The position numbers and the translations under genes are program-made. Below, one piece after another: positions 27,916-37,096 of a stretch of 64,000 nt of DNA. Position 1 is the first letter of the stretch, and every line of letters starts with the position of its first letter. The stretch spans positions 4,864,001 through 4,928,000 of the forward strand of contig OY781964.1 of assembly GCA_963677485.1 (NCBI GenBank), read 5' to 3'. Under the pieces are notes generated by a model. It ran no database searches. It was not told where the DNA came from and saw only the letters and a program-made list of their open reading frames with translations. The DNA is from Armatimonadota bacterium. Its GTDB lineage: Bacteria; Armatimonadota; HRBIN16.

Positions 27916-27990
27916 GATCTCATCCTGCGGGCTTTCTTTGGTCATGTGTGTGAAGAAGCTCGTGTTGTTTGTTGGGATTTCCTGGTGTTC

Positions 27991-28019
27991 TTGACATGGG
28001 TATTCGTCCAGTCTATTAT
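27991..28019 (+). promoter_or_regulatory. Sigma70-type promoter for the right-arm operon
   Basis: TTGACA-N17-TATTAT, about 100 bp upstream of ATG 28118. Confidence 0.65.
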
Positions 28020-28117
28020 AACATCGGGGGAGCATTATTGTACAGAGTATCAACACACGCAGCTAGTAAACGTATTACCCTCATTTCCCTTCAACGCGAA
28101 AGGCATGATTCCCGCAA

Positions 28118-29593
28118 ATGAAAACGGCACCGCTAGTCAAGGCCCTCCCGGCTATCGCCGCTGCTTTGTGCATCTACATGCTGGCTTACTGGTATACAAG
28201 CAACCAGCATTCAGTTCATGTCGTCAAGCGTATACCTGGTCAAGATTTGCAAGCAGCACAACCAGGTTCCAATGGGGCTGAGCAGGCGGTTCAACCAAAT
28301 GGTAATGCTGCCAGTCCAACAGCATCTGAAGGGACGGCCAATCCGGCAAAAACGGCCCCCAGCCAAGCTGCCTCGTCAGTCGCCGCGAATACTGTGGTTC
28401 CGGTGCTACCCGGCGAATGGCCGCGCTTCAGAGGGGCCCAGGATGACAACATCAACTCGGAAAAAGTAGCCTTGGGCACCAAATGGTCTACTGGGGCCCC
28501 TCCCCTGCTCTGGAACCTCGATGTGGGCGAAGGTCATGCCGCGGCAGCCATCAAGAACAGCCGTGTCTACATTTTGGACTACGACCGTACGGCTCAAGCG
28601 GATGTGCTGAAGTGCCTTGCCCTTTCCGACGGTAAAGAGCTGTGGAAATACTCCTATCCAGTGGCGCTTAAGCGAAACCACGGTATGTCCCGCACCATTC
28701 CTGCAGTGACAGATAAGTATGTGGTGACCATTGGGCCGAAGTGCAATGTGGTGTGCGCCGATCCGATGACCGGGCACGTGTTCTGGACACTGGACCTGGT
28801 GAAGGAATACAAAACGGAGGTTCCTCCATGGTATGCAGGCCAATGCCCGCTCATAGATGGCGACCGTGCCATCATCGCCCCTGGCGGGAGTTCTTTGATG
28901 GTGGGTATTGACTGTGCCACCGGTAAAGTCGCCTGGAAAACTCCAAATCCCAGGGCATGGAGCATGACACACTCGTCTATCACGCCAATGGTGTTCAAAG
29001 GCCAAAAGATATATGTCTATTGCGGAAGCGGTGGAGTAGTCGGTGTCTCTGCGAAAGACGGCTCGATCCTCTGGCAAACCACAGACTGGACGGTCAAGAT
29101 CGCCAACGTGCCATCGCCTGTGGTGGTGGGTAATGACCGCCTGTTCCTCAGCGGTGGATACAACGCAGGCTGTGCCATGCTGCAGCTTCAGTCCACAGGA
29201 AACAAGATCACCACTCATATACTTTACAAACTGCCTCCCACGGTCTTTGGATCAGACCAGCAAACACCTATTCTTTACAACGGCTATATCTATGGGGTCA
29301 TCCCAGGCGGCCAGTTGGCCTGCCTAGACCTTGATGGCAAAATCAAATGGACAAGCGGTGCCGCCTATCGGTTTGGTATCGGGCCTTATCTCATCGCCGA
29401 TGGCAAGATACTGGCATTGGATGATCTCGGGCTGCTCACCATCGCGGAATCATCACCTAAAGCTTTTCGGCCGCTGGCACAGGCCCGGCTTCTCGGCGGA
29501 CACGATTGCTGGGGGCCCATGGCGCTCGCTGGCGGACGCTTGATCGCCCGCGACCTCACTAAGATGGTCTGCGTGGATATCGCGAAACACTGA
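28118..29593 (+). CDS. Membrane-anchored PQQ-like beta-propeller protein 3
   Basis: N-terminal TM helix, Ala/Pro linker, EWPRFRG, RNHGMSRTIP, Trp-docking blades. Confidence 0.82.
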   Translation: MKTAPLVKALPAIAAALCIYMLAYWYTSNQHSVHVVKRIPGQDLQAAQPGSNGAEQAVQPNGNAASPTASEGTANPAKTAPSQAASSVAANTVVPVLPGEWPRFRGAQDDNINSEKVALGTKWSTGAPPLLWNLDVGEGHAAAAIKNSRVYILDYDRTAQADVLKCLALSDGKELWKYSYPVALKRNHGMSRTIPAVTDKYVVTIGPKCNVVCADPMTGHVFWTLDLVKEYKTEVPPWYAGQCPLIDGDRAIIAPGGSSLMVGIDCATGKVAWKTPNPRAWSMTHSSITPMVFKGQKIYVYCGSGGVVGVSAKDGSILWQTTDWTVKIANVPSPVVVGNDRLFLSGGYNAGCAMLQLQSTGNKITTHILYKLPPTVFGSDQQTPILYNGYIYGVIPGGQLACLDLDGKIKWTSGAAYRFGIGPYLIADGKILALDDLGLLTIAESSPKAFRPLAQARLLGGHDCWGPMALAGGRLIARDLTKMVCVDIAKH

Positions 29594-29628
29594 GCTATCT
29601 GTCATCACCACCGAGGGAGAATATAGAC

Positions 29629-30657
29629 GTGAACGAGCCACTTTTTCCTAACGGACCGAAATGGAATGGATCGACTGTGCTGAAGTTGGCAATCGTCATA
29701 TACATCATCATTGTTGGCACCGTAGTTATATGGTTGACATATAACCATGCGTCCAAACGCAGTGCAACTTCACCCTCAGGGTCAGCGTATGATGACCAGA
29801 TACGATTGCTGGGAAAAACAAACCCTAGCCAGGTAGGCTACACCGAATTAAAACAAATCCCCACTGGCTTGGCAGAGCCTCGCAACATCGCGTTGGATAA
29901 CAAAGGCAATCTGTATGTAGCAGGCGACTATTCCATTAAGGTGTTTGCACCTCAAGGCAATCCGCTGCGCGATATAGCCACCTCTGGCCAGCCGTATTGC
30001 CTGAGTGTAGACCAGAATGGCGATATCTACGTTGGCATGAAGGCGCATGTCGAAGTGCTGTCGTCCAAAGGTGAGAACATATCGGTCTGGCCCTCTCCCT
30101 CACCAAAATCGCACTTTACGGCACTTGCCGTCACGGATAAGGACGTGTGGGTGGCTGATGCGGTAAACAAGCAGATACTCCGATACAATAAAAATGGGGC
30201 CGTCACGGCCATTTTCGCACGTAAAGAGCCTGAAAAGAAGATTGAGGGATTGCTTGTGCCCAGCCCGTATTTGGATATAGCACCAGCAGAACAAGGTGCG
30301 ATATGGGTGGCGAATCCAGGTAAACACGAACTGGAGCTATACTCAGCCGATGGCAGCCTGAAGAAGCACTGGGGTAAGTTTGCTTTTTCCACTGAAGGGT
30401 TTTGCGGATGCTGCAACCCCACAAACATCGCTGTCACACCAGATGGGCGTTTCGTCACGAGCGAAAAAGGGATACCCCGGGTCAAGATATATCACGCAGA
30501 CGGGTCATTCCAATGCGTGGTTGCAGGATCGGAGTCATTCAAGCCTGATACCGCAGGGCTGGATTTGGCTGTAGCTTCAGACGGACGGATATATGTGCTC
30601 GACCCAGCCAATAAAACTGTTAGGATTTTCATAGAAAAGAACAAGGCCAGTCAATGA
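29629..30657 (+). CDS. Membrane-anchored NHL-repeat beta-propeller with GFCGCCNP motif
   Basis: TM helix; EPRNIALD.KGNLYVA, VWVAD, DLAVASDGRIYVLD. Confidence 0.78.
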   Translation: MNEPLFPNGPKWNGSTVLKLAIVIYIIIVGTVVIWLTYNHASKRSATSPSGSAYDDQIRLLGKTNPSQVGYTELKQIPTGLAEPRNIALDNKGNLYVAGDYSIKVFAPQGNPLRDIATSGQPYCLSVDQNGDIYVGMKAHVEVLSSKGENISVWPSPSPKSHFTALAVTDKDVWVADAVNKQILRYNKNGAVTAIFARKEPEKKIEGLLVPSPYLDIAPAEQGAIWVANPGKHELELYSADGSLKKHWGKFAFSTEGFCGCCNPTNIAVTPDGRFVTSEKGIPRVKIYHADGSFQCVVAGSESFKPDTAGLDLAVASDGRIYVLDPANKTVRIFIEKNKASQ

Positions 30658-30875
30658 AACAAAGTCAGACCATTAGCCGAAGTGAGTTCCTGAAAGACAT
30701 AGGCAGGGTGATTGTGGTAGGGGCATTTACCGCTGGGGTCGCCGCGTTGGTGAACAGACCTTCGCGTCCGCACGATACGTGTGTTAGTAATGGCATTTGC
30801 AGCCGGTGCAGTGGATTGCATGCCTGCGCCTTACCACAAGCAATGTCAGCAAGGCAAGGTCTATCAAGTAAGTAG
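30654..30875 (+). CDS. Small Tat-like, single-TM protein with four Cys
   Basis: ATGA coupling to the NHL gene; SRSEFLK, hydrophobic helix, C-x5-C-x2-C-x5-C. Confidence 0.65.
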   Translation: MKQSQTISRSEFLKDIGRVIVVGAFTAGVAALVNRPSRPHDTCVSNGICSRCSGLHACALPQAMSARQGLSSK

Positions 30876-30890
30876 CTTGAGCATTTAGTA

Positions 30891-31442
30891 ATGAAAATCA
30901 ACCGACGTGATCTCATCAAAAACAGTGTCTGGTATACTGGCCTGCTTGGTATAGCCGGGGGTCTGGGAGTCGCCTCAGGTAAAAGTGAATCGGCGACCGT
31001 CTGGCAGATCGATCCCAACAAGTGCATCAGTTGCGACAAGTGTTCTACCGCCTGCGTGCTCACTCCTTCCGCGGCCAAGTGCGTCCATGCCTACTCAATG
31101 TGTGGCTACTGTAAACTCTGCACAGGCTTCTTTGAACCAGACCCTAATGCGTTGAATACCGGAGCCGAAAACCAGCTTTGTCCTACTGGAGCCATCAAAC
31201 GCAGCTTCATCGAAGACCCATATTATGAATACGTCATCGATGAATCGCTGTGTATCGGATGTGCGATCTGCGTGAAAGGCTGCAACGCCTTTGGGAATGG
31301 GTCGCTGTTCATGCAGGTTCGCCATAACCGTTGCGTGAACTGTAACGAATGCGCCATTGCCAAGGTTTGTCCTGCCGATGCATTTTCCCGTGTCCCAATA
31401 GATCAGCCCTATTTACTCAAGACTAAAGAACAACAGAAATAA
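30891..31442 (+). CDS. Tat-exported multi-[4Fe-4S] ferredoxin (NapG/MauM-like role)
   Basis: NRRDLIK twin-arginine signal; CISCDKCSTAC, CGYCKLC...CP, CIGCAICVKGC, CVNCNEC...CP. Confidence 0.8.
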   Translation: MKINRRDLIKNSVWYTGLLGIAGGLGVASGKSESATVWQIDPNKCISCDKCSTACVLTPSAAKCVHAYSMCGYCKLCTGFFEPDPNALNTGAENQLCPTGAIKRSFIEDPYYEYVIDESLCIGCAICVKGCNAFGNGSLFMQVRHNRCVNCNECAIAKVCPADAFSRVPIDQPYLLKTKEQQK

Positions 31443-32740
31443 TGCGAAAATTCTGGCTCTGGATCGGCGCACTACTTAGCTGCACCATCACTACCTACGC
31501 TATTGAACGGTTCCCGCCGCCCGATTTTACTTCGGGATACAAAATTCATGTACCCACTACGCCTCCGGCCAGAGCTGATATCTATGGGTTCATCGACATC
31601 GCTGTGTTGGTTCTCGCACTGATGCTGGCGTCCTACTTCGTGATTTGGCGACGTTCACGCCGTGGTGTGGTGCTGCTGTCGGTGTTTTCGCTGATCTACT
31701 TTGGTTTCTACCGGCATGGCTGCATCTGTCCGATTGGCTCGATACAGAATGTGGCGTTGTCGCTAGGTGACGCCGGATATAAGTTACCGTTGCTTGCGGC
31801 GGTTTTTTTCTTTACTCCCCTTCTCTTTGCCTTTTTCGTGGGCCGGGTTTTCTGCGCAGCTGTCTGCCCTCTGGGGGCCATTCAAGATCTCTTTCTCAGA
31901 AAGCCGGTGAAGGTTCCTGAGTGGCTGGCCCAGCCGTTGTCGCTCCTCCCTTGGATATACCTGGGCGCCGCGGTTTTATTCGCCGCCACGAACACCGCAT
32001 TCGTCATCTGCGAATATGACCCGTTTGTCGCCTTCTTCCGGCTAAGCGGAAGCCTGACGATGCTGATCTACGGCGGTCTGGTGCTGCTGCTGGCGGTGTA
32101 TATCGGCCGCCCATATTGCCGATTCCTCTGCCCGTATGGCGCGCTGCTCCGACTGGTTTCGCCTCTGGCAAAATGGCGCGTGACCATCACGCCCGACAAG
32201 TGCATCCAGTGCCGCCTTTGCGAAAAAGCCTGCCCGTTTGGTGAGATTAGGATGCCGACCCAGGATATGCCCACCAAACGCCAGGAAGGCAAACGGCAGT
32301 TGACGCTCTGGCTGGCTATGCTGCCGGTGATCGTCACAGCGGGAGTGTTGTTAGGCTACCTTGGCAGTGCGCAGATGTCTCACACTAACCGCAATGTGCA
32401 ACTAGCAGAACGGCTGTGGAAAGAAGAACACAAATCGGTAGAAGGCACCACGGACCAAACCACCGCTTTCAATAAACTAGGATCACCTAACGCCGTGTCC
32501 TATCAAAAAGCATTGGCTGTCCAACAGCAGTTCAAGAGCTTCGGCATGTGGTTTGGAGGCTGGCTAGGACTGGTCATCAGCCTGAAAATGATCATGCTGT
32601 CTATCCGTCGACGGCGGACTGATTATGAGGCCGACTCGGCAGGCTGCATCGGATGCGCCCGCTGTTATGTGACCTGCCCTGTGGAACGAGCCCGTCATGG
32701 TGATCTGGATGCCATCAAGCTGCTTGAGGAGAAATCATGA
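31442..32740 (+). CDS. Polytopic 4Fe-4S membrane protein (NapH/MauN/YccM-like)
   Basis: GCICP, GRVFCAAVCPLG, RPYCRFLCPYG, CIQCRLCEKACP, CIGCARCYVTCP; many TM helices. Confidence 0.85.
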   Translation: MRKFWLWIGALLSCTITTYAIERFPPPDFTSGYKIHVPTTPPARADIYGFIDIAVLVLALMLASYFVIWRRSRRGVVLLSVFSLIYFGFYRHGCICPIGSIQNVALSLGDAGYKLPLLAAVFFFTPLLFAFFVGRVFCAAVCPLGAIQDLFLRKPVKVPEWLAQPLSLLPWIYLGAAVLFAATNTAFVICEYDPFVAFFRLSGSLTMLIYGGLVLLLAVYIGRPYCRFLCPYGALLRLVSPLAKWRVTITPDKCIQCRLCEKACPFGEIRMPTQDMPTKRQEGKRQLTLWLAMLPVIVTAGVLLGYLGSAQMSHTNRNVQLAERLWKEEHKSVEGTTDQTTAFNKLGSPNAVSYQKALAVQQQFKSFGMWFGGWLGLVISLKMIMLSIRRRRTDYEADSAGCIGCARCYVTCPVERARHGDLDAIKLLEEKS

Positions 32741-34719
32741 CCAACAGCAGTAAAGCCACAAACCAGAATTTGAACCCCGCAGAGACGTACCAGTCGTTGA
32801 TGATCACCATAGCGATCATCGCTGTTTTTTGCCTGGTAGTCACCACACTGATGTTGTTCAATCATGACAAGATCAGTCGCACCGATCCAAGGTATGCGGC
32901 TTCGTTGATCAGCCTCAAACAGCAGCTGCATAAACAGCCAACCGATGAAGCGCTTAAAGCGAAGTTAAGGGACACCGATGCCGCACTCCGAAAAGAGTAT
33001 CTGCGGCGACTGGACTTCGCCAACACTGGCAGCTATCTGTTGTTTATCGGGATTGCTGGTCTGCTGGTCGCCATCCCCGCCGCCGCGCAATATAGGCGGA
33101 AGATCGCTTTGCCGGAGGCGCAGACTGACGTCAGCGAAGAACAACGACGAGCGGCCAGGTTGCCCAGAATTGGTATCGCCACTCTGGGTATCGTGATCGC
33201 GGGTGGTATGGTGACCTTCGCGTTCACCTCGAACGGTGACTTGACCGAAGGTTACAAGAAATCGGTCAGCGATTATCTCAAGAGTAAGCCTGCACAATCT
33301 GCGGACCACAGCCAACCGGCACCTGTGGCCAGTGCCGCGAACACACCCGCTGCTGCTGGCTCTATGCCTACAAGCTCCACACCTCCGGCTATGACAGGAC
33401 CGATACCTGCCCTGCCTCCGTTGCCAGGACAGGCCAATCCGACAGTCACCAGTCCTGATGCTGCCAAACAAGCACCGGCTGCACCTGTCAAACCGCCGCA
33501 ATTGGCTGTGGAAGCGGCATTTGACGCACAAGACTACGCCCCCACACTCGAGGAATACAACCAGAACTGGCCGGTGTTCCGCGGACCATCAGCCGGCACC
33601 GTCTCCGGCTCGTATCCGACTAGCTGGGATGCCTCATCGGGTAAGTTAATTCTTTGGAAAACACCGATACCCCTGCCAGGATGGAACTCCCCAGTCGTGT
33701 GGAAGGACCGTGTGTTCCTGGCCGGAGCTGACAAGCAGAAGCGAGAACTATACTGCTTTGCTGCTAATGATGGCAAGCTCTTGTGGAGCAAGACCATTGA
33801 TGTGCTCGTTGCTGGAAAGCCGCCTGAGGTATATGATGACACCGGCTATGCGGCCCCGACTCTGGCCGTCAACGGCATGCATGTTTTCGCCATCTTTCCA
33901 AACGGCGATGTGGTCTGTTACAGCCTGACTGGCGAGATGGTATGGCAGCGTAACCTGGGTGAGCTGGAGAGCATGTACGGATACGCCTCGTCGCTCAGCT
34001 TGTATAAAAGCTTGCTTATTATTCAGTATGATCAAGGCTCAGGCGATGACGGCAAGTCGGCATTGATGGCACTACAAAGCAGCACCGGGAAGATCGTTTG
34101 GCTGACACACCGCGACGTCGCGAACTCCTGGAGCAGCCCACTCGTGGTGAACACCAATGAAAGTGGCTTGATCATCACCAATGCCAACCCGTGGTCTATT
34201 GGCTATGATGCACTGACGGGCAAGGAGCTTTGGCGGGCCAAGCTGATGAGCGGTGATGTCGCTCCCTCTGCTGCGTATACCGATGGAATCGCCTATCTTT
34301 GTAACTCAGGCGCAGTGCTGGCCGCTGTCCGAACTGATGGAACTGGCGACGTCACCAAGTCTAAAGTGTTATGGCAATCAACTGATGGCCTACCCGATAT
34401 TACGAGCCCTGCCTCCAATGGCGAATACGTATTTACTGTCACCACCGAAGGCACCCTCACCTGCCATGACACGAAGCAGGGAAAAAAGCTCTGGGACCAC
34501 GCTTACGATGGGGTTTTCAAAGCATCACCCGTGATCATCGGACACAGTGTGTATCTTCTGGACGGTGAAGGCGTGATGCATATCGTCAGCCTGAAGCAGA
34601 GTTTCACTGAAGAATCCACGGCTTCAATTGGTGAGAAGGCCAACGCAACCCCAGCATTTTCCGCCGGCCGAATATATATCCGCGGACAGAACCACCTGTT
34701 CTGCATAGGTGCCAAGTAA
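32737..34719 (+). CDS. Multi-TM-anchored PQQ-like beta-propeller protein 4
   Basis: Three N-terminal TM helices, Pro/Ala linker, NWPVFRGP, GWNSPVVWKDRVFL, SWSSP. Confidence 0.82.
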   Translation: MTNSSKATNQNLNPAETYQSLMITIAIIAVFCLVVTTLMLFNHDKISRTDPRYAASLISLKQQLHKQPTDEALKAKLRDTDAALRKEYLRRLDFANTGSYLLFIGIAGLLVAIPAAAQYRRKIALPEAQTDVSEEQRRAARLPRIGIATLGIVIAGGMVTFAFTSNGDLTEGYKKSVSDYLKSKPAQSADHSQPAPVASAANTPAAAGSMPTSSTPPAMTGPIPALPPLPGQANPTVTSPDAAKQAPAAPVKPPQLAVEAAFDAQDYAPTLEEYNQNWPVFRGPSAGTVSGSYPTSWDASSGKLILWKTPIPLPGWNSPVVWKDRVFLAGADKQKRELYCFAANDGKLLWSKTIDVLVAGKPPEVYDDTGYAAPTLAVNGMHVFAIFPNGDVVCYSLTGEMVWQRNLGELESMYGYASSLSLYKSLLIIQYDQGSGDDGKSALMALQSSTGKIVWLTHRDVANSWSSPLVVNTNESGLIITNANPWSIGYDALTGKELWRAKLMSGDVAPSAAYTDGIAYLCNSGAVLAAVRTDGTGDVTKSKVLWQSTDGLPDITSPASNGEYVFTVTTEGTLTCHDTKQGKKLWDHAYDGVFKASPVIIGHSVYLLDGEGVMHIVSLKQSFTEESTASIGEKANATPAFSAGRIYIRGQNHLFCIGAK

Positions 34720-37094
34720 TGACCCTAGTCACCAGCGCGGTCAAGAACAATATCGACTTGTCTCGAACAGATGCCATCGTCGAGAAGTTCGGCACAAAAC
34801 AGAATGCGGTCATTCCAATATTGCAGGCCATACAGGAGGAATACAGGTATCTTCCTGAAGAGGCTTTACGGCGGGTTTGTGAGATCACCGATATCACCCC
34901 CGCCTCGATATCCGGAGTGGCCTCATTCTACTCGCAGTTCAGGCATAAACCTGTGGGACGGCACCTCATCAGCGTCTGCCATGGCACCGCCTGCCATGTG
35001 AAGGGTGCAGAGCTGGTGCATGACGCCATCCTGCGCGACCTCGGCATCTCTGGCGATGACGACACCGATAGGGATGGCGTCTTCACGGTCCAAAAAGTTT
35101 CGTGCCTTGGCTGCTGCACACTGGCTCCTGCTCTGCAGATCGACGGCATCACCTATGGACACCTCACACCGGACACGGTGCATAAATCACTGAAAGATTT
35201 TCTGCAGTTGGAGCAGCGCGGTGCGGTAGCTTCTCGGTTCACCATCCAGCACAAAGAACCCAAACTGTCCGCGGAGATAAGAATCGGCATGGGATCCTGC
35301 TGCATCGCTGGTGGAAGTTCCGATGTGCGGGACGCGCTCGAAACGGCCATCCACGACACCCACGCCGCAGTGGCGGTCAAGACTGTGGGCTGTGTGGGGA
35401 TGTGCCACCGCACACCGCTGGTGGAGGTGATCGCCCCCGATGGCGGTTCGACGATGTATGCCAAAGTGGATGCGAATGATGCGGCAGGGATTGTGAAACG
35501 CCACTTCAAGCCGCACGGTATCATCCGCCAGTTGAAAGCCGGGCTTTCGGGCATGATCGACAGCCTATTGACTGACGAATCATGGGAGCCTGTCACCCGG
35601 TATTCGATTGATGTGCGGGAGCCATCGGTTCACGCGTTTGCCCATCGCCAGTTGCATCTGGCCACTGAGACCTGCGGGCGTGTGGACCCATTGAACCTGG
35701 ACGAATATATCCAACACGAGGGCTTTACCGCTCTGCGGAAGTGCATCGATGAACACACTCCTCAGGAAGTGATCGAGGCCATCCGACAGTCCGGGCTGCG
35801 TGGACGCGGAGGCGCCGGTTTCCCCACAGGTGACAAGTGGAACATGGTGCGGAAGAGCGAGGGTGAACTGAAATACATCATCTGCAACGGTGATGAAGGC
35901 GATCCTGGTGCCTTTATGGACCGGATGATGCTGGAATCCTACCCCTATCGTGTACTCGAGGGTATGGCGATTGCCGCTTACGCCGTTGGAGCCAGTGAGG
36001 GATATCTGTATATCAGGGCGGAGTATCCCCTGGCGGTCAAACGAATCAAAGAAGCGATCGAGGTCTGTCAAAACAAGGGCCTGCTGGGCGAGCATGTCGC
36101 TGGCAGCAGCTTCTCTCTGAATCTTCATGTGATGGAAGGTGCAGGAGCCTTCGTCTGCGGTGAAGAGACGGCCCTGATGGCCTCAATCGAGGGGCGTCGG
36201 GGCAACCCAAGGCTTCGCCCACCCTATCCTGCCGAATCCGGCCTTTGGGGCAAACCCACCAGCATCAACAACGTGGAGACCTACGCATTGGTGCCCTGGA
36301 TCATGCGGAACGGGCATGAAGAGTTCGCTGCGTTGGGCACAGGAAAAAGCAAGGGCACCAAGGTGTTCGCACTCGCCGGCAAGATCGTGCGCGGTGGGTT
36401 GATTGAAGTTCCGATGGGTATCACCGTCAACGAGATCGTCAATGAGATCGGTGGGGGCGTGCCAAACGGTCGGAAATTCAAGGCTGTGCAGATTGGGGGG
36501 CCCTCAGGGGGCTGCATTCCAGCGCAGCTCGGTGACACACCTGTCGACTATGAAACACTGAAGTCAGTCGGTGCCATCATGGGCTCTGGCGGGTTGGTGG
36601 TGATCGACGACACCGACTGCATGGTGGACATCGCCCGGTATTTTATTGAGTTTACCCAACGCGAATCATGCGGGAAATGCACCTTCTGCCGCGTCGGCAC
36701 ACAACGGATGCTGGATATCCTCACCCGATTGTGTAGCGGCAAAGGCAAACACGGTGACATCGAGAAGCTCGAAGAGCTGGCGCATCAAGTGAAGCTGTCC
36801 AGCCTGTGCGGTCTGGGCCAGACGGCCCCTAACCCCGTTCTCTCGACGCTGAGGTACTTCCGCGATGAATACGAAGCCCACATTGCAGGACATTGCCCCG
36901 CAGGCAAATGCCGAGCCTTGATCCATTACACCATTAACGACCAATGCATCGGCTGTACTAAGTGCGCTCAGAAATGTCCCACTGATGCCATCTCCATACT
37001 TCCCTACCAAAAGCATGAGATCGACCAGCTCAAGTGCATCCGGTGTGACACCTGCCGGCATGTATGTCCTACAGACGCAGTGACGGTGAACTAA
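34719..37094 (+). CDS. Fused NuoE-NuoF (HydC-HydB/BfuC-BfuB-like) NAD(H) flavin/Fe-S module
   Basis: CHGTAC/CLGCC [2Fe-2S], second Trx-like domain, GLRGRGGAGF, GDEGDPGAFM, GEETAL, NNVET, GGPSGG, CGKCTFC, two C-terminal 4Fe-4S motifs. Confidence 0.9.
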   Translation: MTLVTSAVKNNIDLSRTDAIVEKFGTKQNAVIPILQAIQEEYRYLPEEALRRVCEITDITPASISGVASFYSQFRHKPVGRHLISVCHGTACHVKGAELVHDAILRDLGISGDDDTDRDGVFTVQKVSCLGCCTLAPALQIDGITYGHLTPDTVHKSLKDFLQLEQRGAVASRFTIQHKEPKLSAEIRIGMGSCCIAGGSSDVRDALETAIHDTHAAVAVKTVGCVGMCHRTPLVEVIAPDGGSTMYAKVDANDAAGIVKRHFKPHGIIRQLKAGLSGMIDSLLTDESWEPVTRYSIDVREPSVHAFAHRQLHLATETCGRVDPLNLDEYIQHEGFTALRKCIDEHTPQEVIEAIRQSGLRGRGGAGFPTGDKWNMVRKSEGELKYIICNGDEGDPGAFMDRMMLESYPYRVLEGMAIAAYAVGASEGYLYIRAEYPLAVKRIKEAIEVCQNKGLLGEHVAGSSFSLNLHVMEGAGAFVCGEETALMASIEGRRGNPRLRPPYPAESGLWGKPTSINNVETYALVPWIMRNGHEEFAALGTGKSKGTKVFALAGKIVRGGLIEVPMGITVNEIVNEIGGGVPNGRKFKAVQIGGPSGGCIPAQLGDTPVDYETLKSVGAIMGSGGLVVIDDTDCMVDIARYFIEFTQRESCGKCTFCRVGTQRMLDILTRLCSGKGKHGDIEKLEELAHQVKLSSLCGLGQTAPNPVLSTLRYFRDEYEAHIAGHCPAGKCRALIHYTINDQCIGCTKCAQKCPTDAISILPYQKHEIDQLKCIRCDTCRHVCPTDAVTVN

Positions 37095-37096
37095 CA

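Noticed and set aside
30891-31442. Rnf complex subunit RnfB
   Set aside because: No rnfACDEG nearby; has a twin-arginine signal and lacks the RnfB N-terminal FeS domain.
33285-33510. Pro/Ala-rich low-complexity stretch as a tandem repeat
   Set aside because: No nucleotide periodicity; it is a flexible linker between the TM anchor and the propeller.
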